Positions 1 through 14,526 of a DNA stretch of 64,000 nucleotides are shown here, piece by piece. Numbering within the stretch: the first letter of the stretch is position 1; each line of letters starts with the position of its first letter. Source of the stretch: Eremomyces bilateralis CBS 781.70 (taxonomy: Eukaryota); the NCBI GenBank assembly GCA_010015585.1, contig ML975167.1; one strand, 5' to 3'. The notes beneath the pieces were generated by a model that was not told where the DNA came from, searched no databases, and was given only the letters and a program-made list of their open reading frames with translations. The position numbers and the translations under genes are program-made.

Positions 1-554
1 CAAGCTGTCTCCAACGGGCGGGCAACACACCAACGACACCCAAAGACTCTCTCACGGCTCACGCACTCGTACAGCCTGCAGCGCGGCACCAGCGCACAGG
101 TGCACAGGCGTCTCCTAATCTCTGCGCTTGGTCCTTGCTGGCTGGCTTTTGCTGCACCCAGTCTGCACTCGACACCCATCCCTCTTTCACCACCACCCAC
201 GCGCCATCTCTCCCACTCTCCCTCCATCGTCTCCTCCCAATTCCCCGTCCTCCATCGACTTAACTGCACTTTCTCCATCTTCCCCACCTTCCTCTCATCC
301 CATTCTTCTCCTTACTTGCTGCATGAGTCGCTGTTGTCATCCAGTGACTCTCTCTCCCAACTTCATCACCATTCCGTGACCCCTGTGCCGCCGTCGCTGC
401 CCTCTCTCCCCCGAGTTCTCGGTGTCCGCCGATCGTGTTGAACCCTCCATTCCCGAACACCCAGAGGGCACGCTCGAAGCCCGGCCGAACATCCATCGCA
501 GGAGGAAACATACCCACCGACCTGGCTATCTTCGCTCGACGGGATTGACTCACC

Positions 555-2271
555 ATGTCGTCGTCCACGTCCGCCTCGTCCAACGTCGTGGGCGTGCATT
601 ATCGGGTCGGGAAGAAGATTGGCGAGGGCTCGTTCGGTGTCATCTTCGAGGGCACCAACTTGCTCAACAACCAGCAGGTCGCCATTAAATTTGTAGGTTC
701 CGCCATCCGATACACTCCAAAGGCCTTGAGATACGAACATGTGCTGATTAGATCCAAATAGGAACCACGAAAGAGCGATGCCCCACAGCTAAGGGACGAG
801 TACAGGACATACAAGATCTTGGTCGGCTGCCGTAAGTCCTGGTTTTTTTTATCTTTCTACATGAACGATATGGTGCAGCATGTGTATTGGACGGACGGGG
901 TTTGGCATCCGATGTCTCATCCAACGCCATCAACGAAACACTCACCGCCATCCTGTACGGTCTAACTAACATGATACAGCTGGTATTCCTAATGTCTATT
1001 ATTTCGGCCAGGAAGGATTGCACAACATCTTGGTCATCGACCTGCTCGGACCCAGTCTGGAAGACCTCTTCGACCACTGCCATCGTCGCTTTACCGTCAA
1101 GACTGTGGTCATGGTTGCGAAACAAATGGTTGATCCCATCGATCTATTATGGTTACTTCTGCTAACGAAGTACAGCTGTCACGCGTCCAAACCATCCACG
1201 AGAAGAACCTGATTTACCGAGACATCAAACCTGACAACTTCCTGATCGGTCGCCCGGGCACCAAATCCGCAAATGTCATCCATGTCGTGGATTTCGGCAT
1301 GGCCAAACAATACCGAGACCCGAAGACGAAACAACACATCCCATATAGAGAAAGGAAGTCGTTATCAGGAACCGCCCGATACATGAGTATCAATACCCAC
1401 TTGGGACGAGAACAATCACGAAGAGACGACTTGGAGGCGCTGGGTCATGTTTTCATGTACTTCCTGCGTGGTGGGCTTCCATGGCAAGGACTGAAAGCGG
1501 CCACGAACAAGCAGAAGTACGAAAAGATTGGAGAGAAGAAGCAGTCGACCGCTGTCAAAGACTTGTGCGACGCCTATCCAGGTATGAACCTACTTGTTTT
1601 TGTTACATCTTATCCTCTTCTAACCTGATCCAGACCAATTCAACAAATACCTCCACTACGTCCGAAATCTGGGCTTCGAAGACCAACCCGACTATGATTA
1701 CCTTCGCGAACTCTTCACGTCTGTTCTCAAGGACACCGGCGAAGTTGAAGACGGCGAGTATGACTGGATGAAGCTGAACAACGGCAAGGGCTGGGAAGCC
1801 ATGAAGCTCCACCCTTCCGCCGCCCACCTCCAACACGGCGTCCCCAACTCCTCCGCCCGCGAGCTCCACGGCGCCCGCGCCCCCAAGACTCCCATGACCC
1901 ACGACCGCCTCAATGCCGACCTCCCAAAACCGGGAGCGGCCCGCGCCGCTCAGCCCGGCGCCTCCGCGGGTCGCCATCCCCAGCGCCGTGAGCCGGGCGG
2001 AGTCTCCCCGGCCTACACGCCCGACACGCCGACCGGCACGGGGAAGCGAGGGTCGCAGGCGCAGGGCGCGGATTTCCGCGCGCCGGAGGGGTCGACGGTT
2101 GCACAGTTTCAGCACAGCCAGCCGAACCTCTCGCGGAACGGCGTGATGCAGCAGTCGACGGGGCCGCAGGTGCGGCCGCAGAGTCCGCAGGGCATGACAA
2201 GGGGGCAGGGTGAGCAGCCGCTGACGGTGTGGCAGAAGATTGCGAAGGTGGTGTGTTGTGGTAGGTGGTGA
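555..2271 (+). CDS. YCK2: Casein kinase I, gamma/YCK1-YCK2 type; 4 introns (~693-761, 832-979, 1129-1175, ~1582-1633)
   Basis: Kinase motifs [54 protein letters not shown] join across GT-AG introns. The C-terminal CC palmitoylation motif (VVCCGRW*) marks the gamma/YCK class. Confidence 0.95.
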
Positions 2272-3468
2272 TTGGGCACTGGGATCGCTATGGTGCCGCT
2301 GACATCGCCATCAGCCTAAGTTTTCACCGCGACGGCCAGGATCCTCGTCCTCACGTCGACTACCTTTCCACCCTTTCGCTGAACTGGAGAATATTGCACG
2401 TCTAGCTCGCGCCAAGTGTGGGATGTCTGCAACCGATTACCTTTCCTGCAGCGGACGATGCTGCTATTCAAAAATCCGGCCATAGGATTTCAAGCAAATC
2501 CATGAATGCGATCATGGCGTTTACACTTCGAACCCCTCCCTCATCCAACCATTGCGACATCCCGATCCCGAGACATTATCGCCGAAGCCTTCCAATACGG
2601 TACCGGCATTTGCTCACCCCATCCCTCGTTATTTTATATTCCTCTATCTGTCTGGTTTGGGATCCCCCTACATCGTGGAAGATATTGGGCGAGTGGACAG
2701 GGCACATGGGATTCATCGACACTCATGACGGCTGGACACGATGTTGAACCACTTTCCGGTTTCTTCCACCGGTTTCTGCTTCCGGTTTCCGTTCCGCTGG
2801 GCGATGGAGTTACTTTGCATTCATCGGGGACTCGCAGCTTCGCTATTTCGCTATTTCTTCCTTGTCGAGCCGTCGGGTCGTTCAGCGGCGTTGGGGTTCC
2901 CCCGCATCTATCTCTTCACGTCGCGTTTTTTGGGGCACGGCAAAGAAGAGATCCAGACGCACACAAAACCAAGACAGGGGAAATATCGTTTTCCGATTTC
3001 GTTGCCCTTGGGCTGTGGATCATGAATTACAAAAAGCTCGGGATTGCGAGCGCGGGGACCGAGCGTTTTTATTGTGGCGATGCATGGAAATAGGCATATA
3101 GGATAAACCCCTTTTAATAATATGGCGACATGACTACTTCCGGCTTTTCGGCTTTTCGGTCTAGTTCGGGATTGATTTGCTTTACTCGAATGAAGAATGA
3201 TATCAAAGGTATCAAATGCGATTTACATTGCTCTAGCCCATAGCCGCTACGGCTAATATCTCTAAACACCTTGCAAACGCCGACGGACAGTAGGGTGCTC
3301 GCACTTCTATTAACGCCGTAAATAAATCATGTCCGGCGCTTCAATCACGAGGATGACAGAAGCTCGGCCTGAACGCAACGCTTCTGGATCCGCAATGCGG
3401 CACAAAGAAAGTCCATACAGAAAGGTGATGGATGGGACACTGACACCACTCCAGCGAAATTCCATGCA

Positions 3469-5699
3469 CTATAACGCCACCTGCCGTCCACTCTGCTCCC
3501 CTACCGTCCTCTCCCCCACTCGCAGGGACGCCGTTACCGATCCCGCAGGAAACGCCGTCGTCGGCGCCACCGGCCGCACATGATGAGATTCCCTCGCCGG
3601 GGCCGATGGAACCCCCCGAACCAGCGCATCGGAGCTCGGAACCGCCCCCTCAACCACATACACCAACGGACCCCACACCCGCCAGTGCAACACCGCCAAC
3701 GGCGCGACCCGCCTCGCCACGTCCACGAGGCCATCATACAACGGCTCGACGCACGCGGGGAGGGGCGGGTCGTTCGGCGGGACGGTGCTGCTCGGCGGGC
3801 GGGCGACGAACGCGGAGTGGACGTCGAGTAGGGAGGCCGTGGCGAAGGTGGTGAGGGCGGCGAGGGTGCGGGTGGTGAGGAAGGAGGTGATAGCGTGGAG
3901 TTCGGGGGTGTGGGAGAGGTGGGACCAGGCGGCGTCAAGGGAGGCGTGGGCGGCGTCGTGGAGGGCGGCAGGGGTGATGGATAGGGGGTCGGGGAGGAGG
4001 GGGTGCACCACGCGGGCGATTTGGGCGGCGACGTGGTGGATGTTGGGGCGCCAAGGGCCGGAGGGAACGATGGCGGTGAGGTCGGCGAGGAGGCGCTGGC
4101 GGAGGGACGGAGGGAGGGGGCGGGATAGGAGGGTGGCGGCGGTGCGGAGGCTGGTGGCGAGGTGGAGGAGGGAGGAGAGGGTGGCGCGAAGGGCGAGGAG
4201 GCGGGGATAGTCGCGGTGGAAGGTGGGGGGGAGGGGGAGGGCGGGGGTGAGGAGGAGGTGGGTGAGGGCGTGGGCGAAGGTTTGGGTGGTGCAGGGGGTG
4301 GTGCAGGTGGGCTGGGGGGTGGGGTGGATGTGTTGGTGCCAGTAGGAGAGGAACCATTGGCGGGAGGGGGAGGGTTGGAAGGCGTTGGTTTGGTAGTAGC
4401 TTTGTTCGAAGGCTACGGTGTCTTCGATGAGCTTGGGTCTCAGGTACTGGATTTGATGGTTGGCGACGTCCTGAAAACGAGGTTAGTGATGCCTTGCTGC
4501 GTTATGGTGTGACGAACCAGCTTCATGGCTTCCAGTATGCCGAGGAGATCGCGTAGTCCACTGACGGTCAACCTCCAATTCGCCACGGTGACTCCCTCGT
4601 GAATCTTCTCCACCATGTTGTCCACCCATTCATCTCGAATAGGGGCACAATGCTCCTTCAGCACCAGGGAGAGCCATTGCACGACTTTCACAATATCGCA
4701 GACCCCGTTCTTGACCATCTGCATGAACATCGATACGTCCAGCTGTTCCTTGAACAGGGCCGACCGCGACGGGATCAGCACCTCGAGGATGTCACGGATC
4801 GTGGTCAACAGCTCCGGGATCCGTCTCTGCACCGCCGTTTCGATGACCGCGCCATCGTGGGATCGCAGCGACGGGCCCGGCCAATCTCTCTGATACACCA
4901 GTGCGTAAAGTTCGAGCTCGGCCGCCAGGGCGTGCCAGTATTCCTCGGCGGCCCGCAGCTTCGCGAGGCCGCGGGTGCCGTCGAGATTGGGGCGGAAAAA
5001 GAGCTCGCGGTCGAAGTTGATGTCGTGTCGTAACTTGGCGTTGTCGCGGATCGCGCTGATTTCCAGCTCGGCCAACGATCGCTTACTGATCGGCGGCATG
5101 GGGTCCGCGTACCGGAAGCACTCGGCTAATCTCGCGGAGTATTTCACGTCGGAGTTCGTTAATAGATCGCAGAGGTAGTCGACGACAGTCTCTTCGGAAC
5201 AGGAGTCGACAGAGTCGCTTGAATGAGAGGCGTTGCTACAGCTGCTCATCGATTCCGTGTCCAGTGAACTCTCAGTTACAGGTTCTGAGTACTGCTCCGA
5301 CGGTCGATGAAGCGAGTGCACGCGGTCGTCGACTATTCCGTCAGGGCTGCGATTCGGTTCCTCCCATACCGGAGCCTGACCGTGTCCGGCCTGGAGGAGG
5401 TCGGTCGACAGTACGATCGACATGGCGGAATGCCGGAAACCTGGGAGGGCCATCCTGTTCGTCTGCCCGAGCCCAGAAGGGCGAACGTCGTTCGATGAAG
5501 ACGAGCGCATTATATGCAGCGGGGGACGAGCACGGTCAGGCTGCGCACCTCCGCACCTCCGCCGTGTGGGCGAGGCAAGCGACGGTCCCACGGACCCGAC
5601 GTACCTGGTGACCGGGAACGATACCGGCGCTGGACGGACGCTAGCGATGGGGGGAGATCCAGCGTGTTCTGCAAACTCCGGACTCGTGCCACGCCGCAC
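3469..5699 (-). CDS. SOK1: T-complex protein 11 (Tcp11)/SOK1 family protein; intron 4471-4517; true 5' end uncertain
   Basis: LRHDINFDRELFFRPNLDG, LKEHCAPIRD, ILEAMKL|DVANHQI and the C-terminal HWRVWGPLVY are typical of fungal SOK1/Tcp11. The spliced frame stays open to the stop at 3469. Confidence 0.85.
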
Positions 5700-6799
5700 G
5701 CGTTGGCACCTCTAGTCAGTGCCGGAAAGCAGCAGAGGGTTGCGGGCAAACGGAGGGGACGGGACGCTAACTCCAGGTCAGATGGCCCCGCGTGTACGGC
5801 GGCGTGAATGAAGGGAAGGCAACGGACAGAACATAGTTGAAAGAATCCATTGAGACTGAGAGAAAAGACTGGTGTTCATGAGACACCCGACAACGAAAAG
5901 AAAGGACGGGATGGACATATTAGACACGAGCGGGAAAGGAGGACCATGGAAACTGGAGAGGGTCCTGAGCGGTGTAGTACTGAACGTGGAGCAACCATTG
6001 AGAACATTTGTCAATCTGCATCAGGCAATGAACCCGTGCGTTCGACTTGAGCAATCTCATTTTGGCATTAGCGTGTAGCATCAATTAAATCTAGCAGAGC
6101 AGAATCATTGTGCATGGCTCTAAGTTTGGTGAAGCACGATGGAGAATTTGATATGCTCCCGCGCGTCCCGGTTGGGTTTAGTTGTGTCGAGACGATCGGA
6201 GAAATGCAACACGACATTGTCAAGGCGAGGCAGCCAATGGCAGGAGGCCAATAGAATCCCGTCAGCCAGGTTTCCCGCCCTGAGGAATCGCGAATCGGAG
6301 AGGAGCAGGATTGGGGACTGGAACGCCTCACTTTCCTGTCCTGCGAGAATTGTGCCACGCTTCCACGAATATTGGATCCTGCAACTCTAGACCTGGGAGC
6401 CGCCGTCAACCACGTCGGAAGTCTTTCTAGCGCACATGCCATTGAGACATTGGCCCTCAACGACGTCCAGGCGCCAGAAAGAAAATCCGTTCGGCATCTT
6501 CAGCCTCGCCAAGGCATCGAGTCAGAAGGCTGGCGGCTGGCCTCTCATTTCTACCGCCTCGCGCAGGGCGGTCATTCACGGAGCGAGCTATTTGAGCTTG
6601 GGACATCCACGCAGGAATCAACTGAATCTACACACCTTCCATTGGCTTGATAACGCTATTGACACACGCAACCCCTCTCGCGCAATCCGATTCGCTTGGA
6701 TCCGATCTAATGGAGCGTTGATACACGTACAAAGGAAATCGATGGACCACGACACGAAACAAAAGATGCACTTTTCCCGCCGTGGACGTCTGTCGGCAC

Positions 6800-7561
6800 T
6801 TAATTGCTTTGGACCACGCCTTTTCCCTTGTATCCTTCGGAGCTGATACCGGTGAGAGGCTCGATGCGATTTTCCTGACGTAGATGTCAATCTCCCGTTC
6901 ATACGTGGACGTATATAGCCGTCGCTTACCTTCATGTATTCGTTTGATTGCTCTTGCCATTCCTTAGTCATGGTATGTGGAGGCGGTTTGGCAACCAGCC
7001 TGGTTGCACCGAAAAGAACTGCCGACGCAACAATGGCGAGGAGGGTGTATTGGATGACGGTCCAGTTCTCTCCGGGGGGAGCCTCAGATCGAGGGCCGTG
7101 GGGGCCGAAGGCGATCCAATAAGCTGTGATTAGATGGAGGATCAGCATTTGGCACTATCAGGTGTATAATTCGAGTTCCAGATGGAAGAGTCGAAAGCCA
7201 ATTGGATCGCGAATCCATCTTGAAACGCAGGATTCATCTTCCACGATGATGCTATGCATTCGAGAGGCAACAATAGAGTCCACAACGTACCGGCACGTTT
7301 TTCCTGAAGGGTGAGTTCTTTCCAGTCCACCTTCATCCGATCACGCAGCTGCATCCACAGGTCGGCCTGATCCTGCGGCGGCATTGCCTCCCATCGCTGC
7401 TCGATATTGGCCAACGTCGGGTTTGAGATGGCATGAGCGTAACGCCTGCACGGCTCGGCCTGGGTGATGGGCGCGATGAATCTCGGGGCGAGGCTTGACG
7501 ATGACGAGGGGAGGACACGGGTCGAGGCACCGGCAGCGCGGATGAGCGAGGTACGCAACAT
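6800..7561 (-). CDS. COX5: Cytochrome c oxidase subunit 5 (COX4/COX5 family); introns 7124-7290 and 6875-6929
   Basis: Mitochondrial presequence, then AHAISNPTLANIEQRWE, DWKELTLQEKRA|AYWIAFGPHGPR, one TM helix, TMTKEWQE and EPLTGISSEGYKGKGVVQSN*. Confidence 0.93.
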
Positions 7562-7829
7562 GGTGGATAGATATGGGCTGGCGAGGGATTAAGTAGCGAA
7601 ATAGACGGAGCAAGCGGCCACGGCAGATGTGGATACTGCCGGAAGGGCAATTGAGCAGGATTGAGGTCGTTGGCAGCGGAGGATGAAAGGATGGGAACCG
7701 GGTGAAGTTGTTGCAGCTTCAGGATCTGGCGAGGTTTTGGCGTGGGAAATCTGTGGCTCGGGTTCCTTCCTTGACTTCCTCTGCTGCTGCCAGTTTGATC
7801 AGCTCACCAAGACAGGGGGATGGTTCTGG

Positions 7830-7908
7830 CCAATCAGAGTCCGATTATTTGGACCGCGGAAAATAAGACTTGGCATGGTGGACTGAGTCACGTGCTTTTA
7901 GTCACGTG
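7830..7908. promoter_or_regulatory. CCAAT box (7830-7835) plus two GTCACGTG E-boxes (CACGTG at 7889 and 7903) in the divergent COX5/GAPDH intergenic region
   Basis: Read directly: ggCCAATCag and gaGTCACGTGctttttaGTCACGTGct-like tandem. These match HAP/CBC and bHLH consensus sites. Confidence 0.55.
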
Positions 7909-9133
7909 CTGCTCGCCATTCTTCCTGTTATTATCCACAAGGACCACAGCAGCAGGAACCAGACTCCAGGACGAGACAATTGTCTTTGCAATAATCAGTC
8001 ACTTCTTCATCGTCATCCATCCATGGCGGCTAATAGACAACGGCTATGACGGCGCTCATTCCTTTTTCATCACGTTGGGGTGAACCAAAAGAAATGCCCA
8101 TGGGTTGTTCGCACCAGCAACATGGAGCTTCGGTTTGGTCATAAGGTGGCCACATTCATCTGGTTCAAGCTGAGTAAAGCTCCCAAATCAATTGCTTCCA
8201 CTGGTGGCAATCATGTAAGTTCGTTACATCGTTGATTCAGCTGATTCAGCTGATCCAGACTTCAATGCTTTTTCTTAAATCGCAAAAGGATTATCAATGG
8301 GGGTACCCAACCGTGGTTCATACCAAGTATTCCCCCACACAATCCCGTCAGCCTGGCTTGTCACGAAGTCGGCGTGCGGTCCCGAATTGCTACACAGTTG
8401 ATGGATAATCCCTCTCCCACCATCCAATAACAACCCATCGTGATCAGAGCCGCAGTCAAAGTCGTGGCTATGCCCGGTCATATGCGTCGGATATGCAGAC
8501 CTTCGTGGTCTCCAGATCCAAAAGCAGGAACACATCGGACATCCGGGCGGAGGAAGCCGGGTTGCTATGTACGCTCCGACTATCGGCAAAATGCTTCGAT
8601 GCAATTCCGGGAGATGCTTGCACGACGGCGGGTGAGAAGATGATTATCCGAAATGCAATTTAATCGTGCTATGCCCGCGATCGAGACTTGACTTGAGAGA
8701 ATCCCACCAAAATATATTCAGACCGAAAAAGCAACGTGTTGATACACTATTTCGACTCCAATATTGTCATAGTGTGACGTGAGCGCATACGAGCCATTCT
8801 CCCGAAGTCCATCGAGCTTCAACGAAAGAAACCATTGGTGAGCCGCTTGCTGTGATTCCGTCACTTGCCCCTCAGTTCGATCCCACCCTGCTCTGACCAC
8901 CACCTGACAATATCCCTTCCTCCACCACTACTGTGTGCCCCGCCGTCATTTTCTTTCCCAACGTCTACTGTGCAACACTGCAACAACACTTCAATTCTTG
9001 ATCATCAGAACTCGCTCTAACCAAAGCTCCATATCTTCAGTCCTCAGTCTTCCAAGTGAGTCGAGACAGCTCAGCCTGTGAACGACTGACGACAACAAGC
9101 TAACCAGACCCCACCGGACCCAGATCCACCATC

Positions 9134-10406
<1,273 letters not shown>

Positions 10407-11487
10407 ACGGTCCACCCAACTTCAAAATCCACCCTCATCAGGCGATTTGCTTGGAGACGGGTCCTCCGTGGGTAATGAGCACCACAAGTCGTTGGCCACG
10501 GTGATATGCGAATGGCGTACAACGAATAGAAAATGACTTGAGCTACTTCAGCCTGTTCGAAACGCGATGCAATCCAGGTCATCTATTATGTAGCTTCATC
10601 GTGGGAGAATGAAAATGAACACTCGCCAAATTGATTTGCGCTTGTCTGCAACAACAAATAGCTTATTGGATTGTGATGCATTGCCCCGTCTCTCGCTTTA
10701 TGTCAGTGGTTCCTCTATGCAATTAAGCCTTGGAAAGGCATTTTAACTGCAGGGTAGAATACAGTATCCACGTGTTGAGAGCCATTGTGCTGGACGGTGC
10801 ATAGGATTCGTGTTGTTTTTGAGTTGAATAGAGACGTCACATCAATGAGCTTGAGATAGTCTATTCAGTGGATCTCCGGTCCCAGACTCGACTGAATCCT
10901 GACGCAACATCAAATTGATTTTGTACGATGAAGTGAACTCGTAACTCCTCCCTGAGGTTCAATTGTGGCTTTACTTGTGGCGTTTATCGCTGCTGCGCCA
11001 CATACGCATCACGTGCCTCTCAGGTTCACCTTTATGTTAACTGAATCGCCAGTCCGTAACATGAATGGCGATGTCTTCACAGTTCTTCGAGATCCTTGGA
11101 AATTAGGTAGTTGGTACGGTTGGATTAAGAAGTCTGAACTTTCCATTTGAATTGGGATTGTGAATTCCTGTTCGTTCTATTACCGTCCTGCTAATCGTCG
11201 AGCGATCCGTGGCTACTTGCAGTAAGTTCAACTGTTGTCTGTTGCAAATCGTCCTTCACTTTCACGCGCACATGTCCCCTCGACAATGGATGAATGTTTG
11301 TTGATTTCAGTCGCCTGGATTACCTGCTTCATATTCACCTTCCTTCACCAAATAAGCGAGTTCAAATTGTCACTACTACACATGAACCTGTTTCTGTCAC
11401 CCATCTGTCAACTCTCCACTCTCCACATACATCTTCTTTCCTTCTTGCATTCATTCCTTAGTCAACCACCCATTTCCCTGAACCAAA

Positions 11488-14315
11488 ATGAAGAAAGTTC
11501 GAAAGCGAGTCTCTAAACTAAGCATGGTTACAGCATGGCAGAAATCTCATGATCGGAAGTCGAGGCTGGGCTCCAAGACCAAAGTGGGGCCCCCGATGAT
11601 GGAGGAAGAGATGGATCAAGTCATGGCCGACAGCAATGTCATGGAGTCCACTGAAACAAACGGAATCAATCCTTCAGATGGGCTCACTGTCGGTCACGAT
11701 TCTCCACCCATTCAACCGAGTCCTCTGAAGACCGCAGTGCCAAGAGAGCCGACCCCGTTGGAGTTCTCGTCCAGTGGTTCGACGTCCGCCATCTCTCATG
11801 ACCCCGATATGCTCGAAGATGTTGAAGAAGAGCAACCACCATTAGCCCAGCAAGTCCAAGTCGTCGTTGAGAAGCCATCCAAAGCCGAAGCCCTACCCTA
11901 CACGTCCCGTCGATCTGGACTGGTCTACGATGTGCGGATGCGCCTGCATGTTGAGATCATCTCCAGACAACAGATGGAAGATGATATGCACCCAGAAGAC
12001 CCACGCCGCATCTTTGAGATCTACAAAGAGCTCGTCGCCGGTGGCCTCGCCTACGATCGCCTTCTTGGTTCGGAAGGCCCAATATCTGACCATTATCTCT
12101 ATCGAATCGCTGCACGGTTCGCTACCAAGGAAGAAGTGTGCTTGTTCCACACCGAGGAACATTGGAATTGGGTTGAGGGATTGCAGAAAAAGACAGATTT
12201 GGAGCTTTTCGAGGACGGCATGGCCATGGACTCTGTTTATCTTCACCACGAAACATTCTCGTGTGCTCGACTCGCAGCTGGTGGCACCATTGAAGCCTGC
12301 CGAGCCGTTGTACAGGGCCACGTCAAAAATGCCGTCGCCGTTATCCGTCCGCCTGGACATCATGCTGAACGTTGCCAACCAGCCGGTTTTTGCTTCTTCA
12401 ACAATGTCTCGATTGCAGCTCGGGTCTGCCAACAAGACTTTCCCGAAAAGTGCCGGAAAATCGCCATCATCGACTGGGACGTGCATCATGGGAACGGTGT
12501 TCAACAAGCATTTTACGACGATCCGAACGTCCTATATATTTCCCTCCACGTCCACAAGAACGGTACCTTCTACCCCTCTGGCCCTTACGGAAACCATTTA
12601 CATTGCGGAGAAGGACCCGGTGTTGGGTTTAGTGTGAATATTCCTTGGAGCACTCACGGAATGACCGACGCAGATTACTTGTACGCATTTCAGCAGGTCA
12701 TCATGCCGGTTCTCGTGGAATTCAACCCTGACCTTGTCATTGTGTCCTCGGGATTCGACGCGGCGGAGGGCGATAAACTCGGCGGCTGCCATGTGTCGCC
12801 TTCTGGCTACGCTCATATGACGCACATGCTCATGTCCATTGCGAAGGGGAAGATTGCAGTCGTTTTGGAGGGCGGCTACAACTTGCGATCCATCGCCACA
12901 TCTGCGCTGGCAGTCACTCGCACTCTTATGGGCGAACCTCCCGATCGCATCACAACCACGGACCCCACTGCATCCGGCGTCAAAACTGTTCAGTTGGTCA
13001 AGAATACGCAATCCCGGTACTGGAAGTGTTTGTACCCCAAGGACATCCACAGCAAGGACCTGATGGAGAACTTTGGGGCTCAGCGGATGCATGATGTCGT
13101 TCGTGCGTACCAAGCGAAGATGCTATATGATGAATTCAGGATGATGGAGCTCATGATTATCCGCGATCGACTGTCTCCCTCTTTCAAGCACCAAGTGCTT
13201 GCGACGTAAGTAATCTCCTCTTCCGTCGAGACATGAGTTAGTGCTAATACCCCTCCAGTGAGAATTTCGACAGCGAACGACCACTTCTTATCATTTTCCA
13301 TGATCCACCAGATGCACTTGGTATCCCTCATCCGGCATCCAACAAACTAGAGTTGCATAACACCTGGGTGGTAAGGCTGCTGTTCCTATGTGTTGACTCC
13401 CACTGACACCTAAACAAGACTGATGTTCCAAAGCTGTACATTCAGTGGGCCACCGACCATGGTTTCGCCGTTATCGACGTGAACGTGCCGTATCACGTTA
13501 CTGAAGATGGAGTAAGTTATGATAGAGGTATTCAGGCCGGAAAACGCTAAATCATCGACCAGAACGATCAAGGCTACATGGACACCGATTCGGATGAAGA
13601 CAGGCGATTGGCGACCCGAGAGATGGCCACTTACCTGTGGGATAACTACGTTGCGTAAGTATAAAGATGGTCACTTTGAATTCCCAGCTTACACGAATAG
13701 GCCGAATGAGAATAGCCATGTCTTTCTTATGGGTGTGGGAGCGGCTTATCTCGGCATTCTTGATCTAATCTCAACCAATGGTACGTTCACAGGCCGGCGC
13801 TTCCATTGGTATCTATTCTAATTTTGTCTACAGAGACTTGTACGGACCAGATCACCGGTGTCATATCCTTCATATCGAACCAGGCGCTTCTGTCTGTGCG
13901 ACGACCAACCGACGATAACATCGCGACCTGGTATTGGCATCATTCGCTCGTCTTCGTCGCCCAAGACCACGCCGTCTGGGACCCCGACCGACAGCGGAAG
14001 CAGCGAAAGAAGTACGGCAAATTAGTACGCTCCTCGAACAACCACCTGAACGAGATGCTCGGCGAAGCGTCCGATCAAGTAACGCAGTACCTTACGGAAG
14101 AGACGGAGGATTGGCGTGAGGAGCAGGAGCGCAAGCAGCCGAAGAAGCGCAAACTCGACCCTTCCATGGCAGGTGCAATAGATTTGAGGGAAGGCCGAGC
14201 AAGCAGTGTTCCAGGGACCTCCCGCGGCTCGGGGCGACTTCCGCCATTGGGGACGTTCACGGTGCCAGCGGGCGAGGCGGCGGGTCTTATGCGGGTGAGC
14301 CCCAAGCAGGGCTAG
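11488..14315 (+). CDS. HDA1: Class II histone deacetylase HDA1/Clr3 with C-terminal Arb2-like domain; several 3' introns; start could be a later Met
   Basis: HPEDPRRI, RPPGHHA, GFCFFNNV, DWDVHHGNG, GFDAAEGD and LEGGYNL. The C-terminal exons (IIFHDPP, YLWDNY, RKKYGKL) fit the HDA1 second domain. Confidence 0.95.
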
Positions 14316-14526
14316 CTCACCATTCATAGCGACCGTGCCAGTGATGACGGGCACGATTTGATATTTCCAGCGTTTGCTACATCTTCTTTTCTCCGAGTTG
14401 TCAGAGGCTGGGCAATGGGTGCCAGGGATTTTGACAGTGGCTCGCTGCATGGAGTCGGGCAGGATATCGCTATCCGATGCGTTACATCAGGATAGATCAA
14501 ATGAAGTTTTCGAGTTCTCATGCGTC

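Noticed and set aside
3534..4512. Several low-complexity Pro-, Gly- or Arg-rich ORFs
   Set aside because: Alternative frames of the skewed SOK1 3' exon.
8233..8258. Short repeat (TGATTCAGC) x ~3 upstream of gpd
   Set aside because: Too short to distinguish from slippage, and no function can be supported.
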